Shown here: piece by piece, positions 8,645-17,935 of the stretch
How the letters are laid out: every line of letters begins with the position of its first letter
Position numbering within the stretch: position 1 is the stretch's first letter
Origin: Octopus sinensis
Lineage: Eukaryota
NCBI RefSeq assembly: GCF_006345805.1
Contig: NW_021823586.1
Span: forward strand, 1 to 21,565
Length of the DNA stretch: 21,565 nt
Direction of reading: 5' to 3'
Program-made: the position numbers and the translations under genes
Notes under the pieces: model-generated
What the model saw: the letters and a program-made list of their open reading frames with translations, nothing else
The model's database searches: none
Told to the model about the DNA's origin: nothing

Positions 8645-9181
8645 TTAAAAGTAAAGCTGTCCACTCTTCCAACTCTCTATGTACTTCCTCGTCTCGTCTT
8701 CCAGATCTTCCTCCATCTCAGGTATATCACCTTCTTCCAATTGCATCAACTCATGTACGTCCATATCTTCCAGTTTATCCTTCATCCATAAATCCAACTC
8801 CTGGTTCAGCTGCTCCTCCAGTGCCTCGGGTTTCTTCACCTCTTCCACTTCCTGCTCCAACACTTCTTCATCTTTCCTAAATACATGTATCGCCTTTACA
8901 AATGTTTTATTCTTTGCCAACTCATTCTTATCCCAACCTTTGGTAGTTTCCTCTGCCATGGGGTTTTCCACAATATCCTTTGGTTGTTCGGTAATAAATA
9001 AATTTCTGTTGCAAGGATAACGCTGAATAGGTATATCTTTTGTAGAGATGGGACCCGGCCCCAAGACGTTTGGTCTGGCACTACGAAATAAGAATCTAGC
9101 AAAAGAACGTCTGACCCGAGAAATAAAGCGAACCAAGGGTCCTCTGCGAACTGGTGTGTCTGCCGGCGGCAATGGTGACAT
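8645..9181 (-). CDS. Candidate orphan protein, 178 aa (MSPLPPADTP...KSGQLYF): basic amphipathic N-terminus, Glu/Asp-rich helical C-terminus
   Basis: The longest non-repeat ORF in the window, uninterrupted in AT-rich DNA. ATG at 9181 in context aaacaaaccgaaATG, with protein-like composition. The 47 upstream codons of the listed ORF are a pyrimidine tract and probably not translated. It could instead be a terminal exon spliced at the AG at 9161-9160. No family recognised. Confidence 0.62.
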   Translation of the reverse strand: MSPLPPADTPVRRGPLVRFISRVRRSFARFLFRSARPNVLGPGPISTKDIPIQRYPCNRNLFITEQPKDIVENPMAEETTKGWDKNELAKNKTFVKAIHVFRKDEEVLEQEVEEVKKPEALEEQLNQELDLWMKDKLEDMDVHELMQLEEGDIPEMEEDLEDETRKYIESWKSGQLYF

Positions 9182-9199
9182 TTCGGTTTGTTTAAATAT

Positions 9200-9840
9200 A
9201 CAAAGACCAAAAAAGGTAAGAAAAACAGAAACAAACACAAATGACAAGCAAATAAAGAAGAATGTAGGAAGGATGTGATAAACGATAAAAGGAAAGGAAC
9301 TATAGAATGATGAAGTTGTCAATTAATTAGTTCTGTTAATTAAAATGAGAGAAATATACGAATGAATACCAAACAAGAGATGAGAACAATTAAAAAGACA
9401 GGTAAACACAGAAAGAAAATAAGCAATTAGGAAGGAAGGAATAGAAAGATGTAACTGAGGGATACAAATTAACTGAAACAATTTTATGAATGAATGGAAG
9501 AAAGGGATTGGTAATCAAAAATTAATTATAGTTGTAAATATGCAAATGAGGAAAGTAGGAAGGAAAAGATAGGAAAGGAAAGAGAAAATAGGAAGAAAGA
9601 GAGAGGAAGAAGGATAAATTGGCTTCAATGAAATAATTATATGAATGAATACAGAAGATGAAAGGGGAAATCAGCAATTAACGAAATTAAAAAAAAAGAA
9701 AGAAATCAGGAAGAAAGGTGGAAAGGGAGAAAAAAAGCGAACGAGTAAAATGAAGGAGAATTATCCGTAAAATTTATCAGTAAATTAATTAAAATGAGAC
9801 AAATTTAGATTTGAATCAGCAGATGAGTAAGTAAGGGATC
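9200..9840. repeat. Purine-rich (A/G on +) low-complexity tract; similar tracts at 2902-3170 and 10540-10680
   Basis: Direct reading. It is pyrimidine-rich on the strand of the orphan ORF and lies immediately upstream of it. Confidence 0.8.
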
Positions 9841-9902
9841 AACCAAAGACACAAAGATAGGAAAGAAATATAAAAAAGGATGATAAACCGATAGATGAAC
9901 GA

Positions 9903-9925
9903 ACAGACAGACAGACAGAGATAGA

Positions 9926-9990
<65 letters not shown>

Positions 9991-10097
9991 GGTCGGACGG
10001 ACGGACGGACGGATGGATGGATGGATAGAAGGATTGATGGATGGATAGATGGATGGATAGATGGATAGATAGACAGACAGACAGACAGACAGATAGA

Positions 10098-10170
<73 letters not shown>

Positions 10171-10245
10171 GGACGGATGGATTGAAGGATTGATGGATGG
10201 ATGGATAGATGGATAGATAGATAGACAGACAGACAGACAGATAGA

Positions 10246-10306
<61 letters not shown>

Positions 10307-10383
10307 GGTCGGACGGACGGACGGACGGACGGACGGACGGATGGATGGAAGGATTGATGGATGGATAGATGGATGGATAGATG

Positions 10384-10475
<92 letters not shown>
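9903..10475. repeat. Compound tetranucleotide microsatellite (GACA/GATA/GGAT/GGAC)n with higher-order periodicity
   Basis: Marker gaaggattgatgg occurs at 10028, 10184 and 10348. Confidence 0.97.
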
Positions 10476-10882
10476 TATTTCACTGGTTATGTTATCAGAA
10501 TATTAAAATGAAATAAATAATTCCAAATCAATAGATCAATAGATTATCAATCAATCAAACAGACGAAGATGAAAAGAGAGAAAAGAAGAAATGTAGAAAA
10601 AGAATAAAAGAAATAAAAAGAGGAAAGATAGAAAAGAAACAAATGAATGAGAGAAGAAATCAATAGACTGATTAAAGTTATCAGTTCTAATCAATAAATA
10701 TTAACCTGTAATCGATTTGACGCGCTAATTCTGAACAAAGTCGAATTGAAGTGAGCAAATTTTTCAAATCGCATCTTTTAGAATTGTGACGTCATAATAT
10801 CTCTTGTAGACCTTTTTGACTTAATTACTGACAATTCTTAATGAATGAGTTTAATGGCGATTTCATACAACCTGACATATTC

Positions 10883-11087
10883 TTTTACTCTTTTACTTGT
10901 TTCAGTCATTTGACTGCGGCCATGCTGGAGCACCGCCTTTAGTCGAGCAACTCGACCCCGGGATTTATTCTTTGTAAGCCCAGTACTTATTCTATCGGTC
11001 TCTTTTGCCGAACCGCTAAGTGACAGGGACGTTAACACACCAGCATCGGTTGTCAAGCAATGCTAGGGGGACAAACACAGACACACA

Positions 11088-11154
<67 letters not shown>

Positions 11155-11319
11155 TACGACAGGCTTCTTTCAGTTTCCGTCTACCAAATCCACTCACAAG
11201 GCTTTGGTCGGCCCGGGGCTATAGCAGAAGACACTTGCTCAAGATGCCACGCAGTGGGACTAAACCCGGAACCATGTAGTTGGAAAGCAAGCTACTTACC
11301 ACACAGCCACTCCTGCGCC
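10883..11319 (-). mobile_element. SINE family B, full length, with expanded central (TA)n
   Basis: Head at 11319; tail gaaacaagtaaaagagtaaaaga; candidate 6-bp TSD atattc (10877-10882 and 11321-11326). Confidence 0.92.
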
Positions 11320-11422
11320 TATATTCAAAAGAATTCGATTTCGATGTTCTTTCCATATTTAAATTAGATTCAATTTTCTTAAATAGATACACACACAAAT
11401 ATAATTCTTTAGTTCAGTTCCC

Positions 11423-11575
11423 GGGCTGTGGCCATGCTGGGGCATCGCCTTGAAGGTTTTACTCATTCACATCGACCCTCAGTAATTAATTTGTTAAAGT
11501 CTGGTACTTATTCTAAAAGTTTCTTTTGCTAAATTCTCCGGGTCAAGGGAATGTAAACAAACTAACATCGCTTTA
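11423..11575 (-). mobile_element. Old family B-related SINE 3' fragment
   Basis: gctgtggccatgctggggcatcgcctt...ggtacttattct...aatgtaaacaaactaacatcg aligns loosely to 10915-11050. Confidence 0.6.
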
Positions 11576-11681
11576 GTAAAACTGTCAGTGTATCTCTGTA
11601 AATACTGATGATACATCCGAAGTAAAACAATTCTTTACTGACAATGTCATGTGATATCCTGAAATAATAGAGAAACAATAT

Positions 11682-12064
11682 GAATGGAAGCACTCCGTCG
11701 ATTACGACAACGAGGGTTCCGGTTGATCCGATCAACGGAACAGCCTGCTCGGGAAATTAACGTGTAAGTGGCTGAGCACTCCACGGACACGTGTACCCTT
11801 AACGTAGTTCTCGGGGATATTCAGCGTGACATAGAGAGTGACAAGGCCGGCCCTTTGAAATACAGGTACAACAGAAACAGGTAGTAAGAGTGAGAGAAAG
11901 TTGTGGTGAAAGAGTACAACAGGGATCACCACTATCCCTGCCGGAGCCTCGTGGAGCTTTAGGTGTTTTCGCTCATAAACACTCACAACGCCCGGTCTGG
12001 GAATCGAAACCGCGATCCTACAACCGCGAGTCCGCTGCCCTAACCACTGGGCCATTGCGCCTTC
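11682..12064 (-). mobile_element. tRNA-derived SINE family C, full length
   Basis: Reverse complement closely matches 21084-21468. 13-bp TSD agagaa(a/g)caatat (11669-11681 and 12065-12077). Confidence 0.93.
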
Positions 12065-13881
12065 AGAGAAGCAATATAAGCTGTAGAGGATACTTAAACA
12101 TTTGAGATTCAGCTGAGGCAATTTTATAATATTTCTATATTGGTCAGCTGTAGTTATAAACGTTTAACTGAACAACAGAAGTTTAGTTTTAAATTTCCTA
12201 TTAAAACTACATAACACAACCTTGAGTGATGTCTACGTATATATATACAACAACAGATACACCTCCGTAACGTGCGTTATACTACAGAGAAATCGGATGT
12301 AACATTTTTACAAATGCGTAATTTGAGGTAATTATGGGAACTAATTGTAGCGGATAGAGAAACTTTGTAGAGGTTTCCTCGGTGTCTTCACAATGTTGTT
12401 TAGCCACAGGTCAGCTCTGTCTGAGTAGATAAACAATCAAATATAGGTGTTTGGTGGTTAGTATTTATTTATGACAGGTGAAAGAAAGAGAAAAACTAAT
12501 AGATGGAGATAAAAAAAAAAACAAAGGTAGAATGAAAAAACATAAAGACGCAATTTCATATTAGCAGCACCAGCGAGAAGGCCATGGATGGATGACAGAG
12601 AAATATAGAAAAGTGTACATTGGAGTGGGAAGCAACAATTGTTTTGATATGAAATAACTGAGTTCTTATGACAAACACGAAGTTAATATTACGTTACACA
12701 CATTTGAGAAGATTTATTTGATAAAAGAAAGGCTCCAACGAGGAAAAAATGACATTTGATACTTTCTGACAGTTTTGTCGCTTATTTCGACAAAATATTT
12801 TATCGGTGCAAATGATTATTCCGCAGCAAATATATCTCACGCGACGGCAATACTTAAATGAGGATTTAAATTAAGTTTAAAAAATAGATCATTAGAAGGT
12901 GAAATTTATTGATTTCTACACTAATACAAAAAATGAATATGTCTTTTGTTATATATTTTATATAATGTGGTCAAAGTTACAGAGTGACTCGAAGACTGGA
13001 AGTTTCGCTTATTGCCATTAACAGTCAAAGCAAATGTACTAAGCGTATTTCGTTGTTTGTGCTTTGCGAATATTTTAAATACTTTTCAAAATATTTCTGT
13101 TGTCAATTCTTAGTCATTCGTAACATTGCCAACATTTCATAAAAGACATCGACATAAATGGTTTTCATACAGAATAATATTTCCAAACTTGTTTTCATCG
13201 CTTATGAAGAAGAAAAAATTATTAACGAACAACAAACACAGCAACTGCGTATGCGGCCAGGGTGTTTGGTAAGGAATAGTCACTCTTATTACATCCCTTT
13301 AAAGAACTTTGGTTATTTTCCTTTGACTGTTATTATGCAGGTTTGTAGAAATATGCGGGGTTTTTTTTTTGCAAAAACCTTTGAACAAATTTAATTTTTT
13401 GTATTTTCTCATTTCAGTTTCATAAAAAGAACAATTTATTTCGTAAAATATATTTTTATTCCCCAATTTTTTTCAGATTTCCCCCTTATTTTTGCTTCCA
13501 TTTGGATATTATCTTTTGATAAACAAACCTTGTTTTCATTTTGAGTTTCTTGCAATTTTTGGCAAATTCCCAGTTGCAGAATTTCTTTAGAAATTTGTTG
13601 TGCAATATCATATTTATATAATTTCCATCCTATATGTGCTTGGAATAACCTGATGGAAAGGCAAATAAAACAATCTAAAACGATTTTCAATAAAATATTA
13701 TCGAACTTTCAACATGTCCCCTGATATTCTGTAAAGAAGCCACAATATTGAGATGATACGTACATTTTAAAGTTGATTGTTTGAGATATATCCTGCTACA
13801 AAAGTACTATTTGTTTTGTATTAGTTTCTCATTTTGGTATGCATTTAATTGCAAAACTGAAGAACTTTTCATAAAATTCCC

Positions 13882-14190
13882 TGGCTGTGTGGTAAGTAGC
13901 TTGTTTACCAACCACATGGTTCCGGGTTCAGTCCTACTGCGTGGCATCTTGGGCAAGTGTCTTCTGCTATAGCCTCGGGCCGACCAATGCCTTGTGAGTG
14001 GATTTGGTAAACGGAAACTGAAAGAAACCCGTCGTATGTATGTGTATATATATATATATATGAGTGTGTGTGTATGTTTGTGTGTCTGTGTTTGTCTCCC
14101 CAACATCAATTGACAACCGATGCTGGTGTGTTTACATCTCCGTAACTTAGCAGTTCGGCATAAGAGACCGATAGAATAAGTACTAGGCTT
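13882..14190 (+). mobile_element. SINE family B, 5'-clipped and 3'-truncated
   Basis: tggctgtgtggtaag...gatagaataagtactaggctt. Confidence 0.9.
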
Positions 14191-14344
14191 TTCTCAGTTT
14201 CCGTCTACCAAATCCACTCACAAGGCTTTGGTCGGCTCGAGGCTTATAGTAGAAGATACTTGCCCAAGGTGCCACGCAGTGGGACAGAACCCGGAACCAT
14301 GTGGTTGGTAAGCAAGCTACTTACCACACAGCCACTCCTACGCC
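14191..14344 (-). mobile_element. SINE family B, 5' half only, fused in inverted orientation to the previous copy
   Basis: Reverse complement ggcgtaggagtggctgtgtgg...ggaaactgagaa; junction microhomology ggctt. Confidence 0.9.
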
Positions 14345-14674
14345 GATATATACACTTATATAAAATTCTGGTAATATTGCGTCTGCTGACGAAAGATGAT
14401 AGATACATGCATTTAGTGCTCATGGTGACTTGTAGCCAAAGCTTTAACTTGAACAGCAACTAAAATAACCGGTATGTTATAACTGCTTGATAAAGATTAG
14501 ATTAGGCAGTGATTCAAGTGAGCATCAGCGTGTATAACAGAAGAAAGGCAGAATAGGGAAATAATTGGTATCAGGTGAGATCAGATGAGGTTAAACAACT
14601 GAAACTAGTTGTTCCCTGCTTACACCACTATTTCAGTATACACGTCCACACTGACCCGCGCGCCCATGTGTACG

Positions 14675-14721
14675 TCCACCGTGGATGACCACAAAGAGGT
14701 CGAAACCGTTCAGGGTCTGGG
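14675..14721 (+). ncRNA. Degenerate type I hammerhead ribozyme (Penelope-like remnant)
   Basis: ucca-CCGUGGA-u-gacc(acaaaga)gguc-GAA-acc(guucag)ggu-C-uggg. All three stems and a GUC site are present, but the core has U4C and A6U. Confidence 0.5.
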
Positions 14722-14789
14722 GGTTAGAACAGCTATGTTTGAGTGCCGACAAACATTACATTTCTATTTCTTTTTCCTTCTTTCTTTCT

Positions 14790-14796
<7 letters not shown>

Positions 14797-14833
<37 letters not shown>
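14797..14833. repeat. (CT)n microsatellite
   Basis: Direct reading. Confidence 0.95.
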
Positions 14834-14835
<2 letters not shown>

Positions 14836-14854
14836 GTATATATATGTATGTGCA

Positions 14855-15085
14855 AAGCGGCGAGCTGGCAGAAACGTTAGCGCGCCAGGCGAAATGCGTA
14901 GCCGTATTTCGTCTGCCGTTACGTTCTGAGTTCAAATTCCGCCGAGGTCGACTTTGCCTTTCATCCTTTCGGGGTCGATAAATAAAGTACCCGTTTCGCA
15001 CTGGGGTCGATGTAATAAACTTAAACCCTTTGTCTATTCTTGTTTGTCCCCTCTGTGTTTAACCCCTTGTGGGCAATAAAGAAAT
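14855..15085 (+). mobile_element. SINE family A, monomer
   Basis: Head aagcggcgagctggcagaaacgttag, B box gagttcaaattcc, single body ending gggcaataaagaaat. Confidence 0.92.
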
Positions 15086-15594
15086 ATATATATGTGGGTG
15101 TGCGTGTGTATGTCTCTGTCTGTGTCTGTTTGTGCATATACAGTGCGTAGATGAAAGCCACATAATCTTAGTGTATATATCTTAGTGTAGTACTCAAATG
15201 GATGAGAACTTGACTACATCCTCTTTATCCACGACCAGCTCTTCAGCATGGACAGTTACCTGGAAGTGTAATCGTTATCGAACTGTTATGGAGATAGCAA
15301 GGTAGATAAATACATTTAAGCTTGGAACACACAAAATACAGAATACAAAATGAAGAGGAACGAAACAAACTAAACAGAAGAATTATATAAAGCCTTCTCT
15401 CGACAGTTGTTTCAAGACAGCCATAACTTGAATAATATCCAGGGCACACAAATGAAACGAACTCTCGTCTGCTACCTCTGGAGGTATGAAGATCATGAGT
15501 GAGTTTGCGGTGAAGGTCAATATATATTTTATTATTTTTATTTTGGAATCCAAGTAAACACAATGTCTCAAGTCTAACCGTGTATACCTAGCTT

Positions 15595-15687
15595 ACTACC
15601 TACCTATCTACCTACCTATCTACCTACCGACACACATACTTACCTCCCTGCCAACCTACCATATCTCTATCTATCTATCTATCTATC

Positions 15688-15754
<67 letters not shown>

Positions 15755-15763
15755 GTAGGTAGA
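15595..15763. repeat. (TACC)/(CTAT)n followed by (AGAT)n/(GGTA) microsatellite with inverted symmetry
   Basis: Perfect 44-bp palindrome at 15667-15710 centred on CTAG. Confidence 0.93.
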
Positions 15764-15829
15764 GTAGGAGAGAAGACACATAAAAGAAGGTAGGTTGTTA
15801 CACTTTTATATTTGAAATATAGACATGCC

Positions 15830-15871
15830 TGTGTGTGTATTGTGTGCGTGTGCGTGTGTGTGTGTGTGTGT

Positions 15872-15941
<70 letters not shown>

Positions 15942-16213
15942 ATGACAATAATGATTGTTTACCACCAAATACGAATGTTTAATCACTGCTTTTGTACTAA
16001 AATTTCAAGGCGTTGCAGGAGAGAAAAACTTGAAAAACTGGTCGTCGTCACACAATTATGTTCCAAATGTTATTTCAACTGAAACAACAAAAGGCCTTCT
16101 TACTTGAGGCGTTCAATGATTCTTTTCTATAAATTTTTCACGCTGCACTTTTATGGAATTAGCATTATTTGGACTGGCTCACAAACACATACATACAAAA
16201 TACATACATACAT

Positions 16214-16252
<39 letters not shown>

Positions 16253-16458
16253 CCACACACACACACACATACATACATACATACATACATACATACATAC
16301 ATACATACATAATACATACATACACACACATACATACATACACACTTGCATACATACATACATACATACATACATACATACATACATACATACATACATA
16401 CACACTTGCATACATACATACATACATACATACATACATACATACATACATACATACA
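15830..16458. repeat. (GT)n at 15830-15936 and (ACAT/CA)n at 16186-16458
   Basis: Direct reading. Source of the YVCM and HTYI ORFs. Confidence 0.95.
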
Positions 16459-16766
16459 TTGATATTAATGTACGTAAATTAAGTGTCGTAGTTGTTAAGT
16501 AAAATTTTTAAGTCGTATTTCCAAGGTCAAAATAAGTTTCTCATTAATCTGTTACAGACTTAAGGATTTCTTCTGTATTTCACTATCGCAACCCTCTCGA
16601 TTCCGCCACCAGGACCATTTCTACCTTAGACATAGATGATATCCCCCTAATTGATCAATAACAGATTGTTAATCGTTTCTTTAGTTTACCATAAATGTAT
16701 GCATATCTGTGTATAGAGTGTATAGATCAATTCAATAGAGTGTTAATATGAAAATTAATATAACTG

Positions 16767-17476
16767 AAGGTGGCGAGCTGGCAGAATCGTTAGCAGTCCG
16801 GGCAAAATACTTGGGGACATTTCGTCTTTCCTTGTGTTCTGATTTCAAATTCCGCCATGGTCGGTTTTGCTTTTCATGCTTTCGGGGTCGATATAAGAGA
16901 ATACCCTCCATCAGGCATTTGCCATATCCTGAACGCCTTATTTCCTTGGGCATGGATACATTGAAACTCCGACATCTGGCAGCTGACTTGGCAGACACCC
17001 ATAAAATTATCAACCATCTTACAAACAATAACTCTGAGCACCTTTTTAAACTCCACCCGTCTAACACCGGTGGACATATTTACAAAGTCAGAAAACAGCA
17101 CAGCTCCCATGACTTTAGGAAACATTTTTTCACGTTGAGAGTTGCTGAAGCATGGAACAAACTGCCGACATCAGTTGTTAGTTGTCGGAGCACTGCATCC
17201 TTCAAAACTTCCTGAGATTCACTAACACTCCACCTGATTTTCTCCCCTCCATACACACACGCAAGCATGTATCTGACTCATACACTGTTTGCTTTCCAGA
17301 CATTTGTACATTACTGCATATATTTTATACGCACTTTTTGACAAATTGTGGTGCACCTGAGCACTGTATACAATAATTTCATATAATAAGTACCAGATAA
17401 GCACTAAGGTCAATGTAATCCACTAAACCCTTCCCCTGAAATTGTTGCCCTTGTACCAAATTTTGAAACCAATATT
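16767..17476 (+). mobile_element. Old family A-related SINE split by a LINE (5' part 16767-16896, 3' part 17387-~17476)
   Basis: Removing 16897-17386 restores ggggtcgatataataagtaccag, matching the family body ggggtcgataaa(t/a)taagtaccag. Confidence 0.8.
16897..17380 (+). mobile_element. 5'-truncated CR1/L2-type LINE (second family)
   Basis: RIPSIRHLPYPERLISLGMDTLKLRHLAADL...HDFRKHFFTLRVAEAWNKLPTSVV plus 3' UTR; 6-bp TSD atataa (16891-16896 and 17381-17386). Confidence 0.9.
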
Positions 17477-17564
17477 TGTATAAGTGATCAAGTACAAGAG
17501 CCGTCGGTTTGCAGGAAATTATCCCATAGCAAAGATACATTCACACATTTGTGTGTGTGTGTAT

Positions 17565-17569
<5 letters not shown>

Positions 17570-17631
<62 letters not shown>

Positions 17632-17811
17632 CATACGTACATACATACATACATAATACATACATATACAATTACATACATACACACCTGCAGGTGTATG
17701 TGTCATTACTTGGGTGTGGCCAACTACTTTTGCAATAAAGCAGCCACAGAAAAAGTCTAAAAAATGGTGTCACGATTCAAACAGGTTTTAATATGTATTG
17801 TTTACAGAAAC

Positions 17812-17864
<53 letters not shown>
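17570..17864. repeat. (AT)n, (ACAT)n and (CA)n microsatellites
   Basis: Direct reading. Confidence 0.9.
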
Positions 17865-17865
<1 letters not shown>

Positions 17866-17893
17866 GATTTATCTCCTATAAGATACACCCAAG

Positions 17894-17935
<42 letters not shown>

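Larger units (their letters stand above)
13529..15477 (-). pseudogene. Putative decayed multi-exon gene fragment, TPR/FAT-like helical protein: exons 15477-15394, 14385-14360 joined to 13870-13764, and 13649-13529
   Basis: Pyrimidine-rich CAG acceptors precede 15477, 14385/14382 and 13649. Donors GTACGT (13763) and GTTTGT (13528). Intron phases 1/1, 1/2 and 2/0 join in frame. Two in-frame stops and a SINE insertion disrupt the middle exon, and the first donor is a weak GC. Confidence 0.5.

Noticed and set aside
8679-9278. Overlapping ORFs 8679-9020 (+), 8896-9240 (-) and 9048-9278 (+)
   Set aside because: Shadows of the main ORF; the Ser-rich antisense frame is expected opposite Glu-rich codons.
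9839-10483. 214-aa LSIY/LSVC repeat ORF, and the YVCM, HTYI and IYIY ORFs at 15679-16502, 17484-17738 and 18709-19928
   Set aside because: Microsatellite translations.
11580-11645. ctgatga-tac(atccgaa)gta-aaac hammerhead-like motif
   Set aside because: Lacks G12 of GAAA, and no convincing stems I or III.
12658-12924. Frames with only TGA stops (also ~19987-20256), hinting at TGA recoding or a NUMT
   Set aside because: No recognisable mitochondrial or selenoprotein similarity; such runs are expected by chance across six frames.
13158-13394. 78-aa + strand ORF with a GTAAGG donor-like site
   Set aside because: No homology recognised and no phase-compatible partner exons on the + strand.
15425-15500. 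GAAAC-GA(actc)TC-GTC stem III-like motif and tacctc/gaggta hairpin
   Set aside because: No correctly placed CUGANGA or stem I; it overlaps a candidate exon on the other strand.
16748-17215. 155-aa ORF suggesting a SINE-head/LINE-tail chimeric element
   Set aside because: The SINE 3' half resumes after the LINE with an atataa TSD, so this is a nested insertion.
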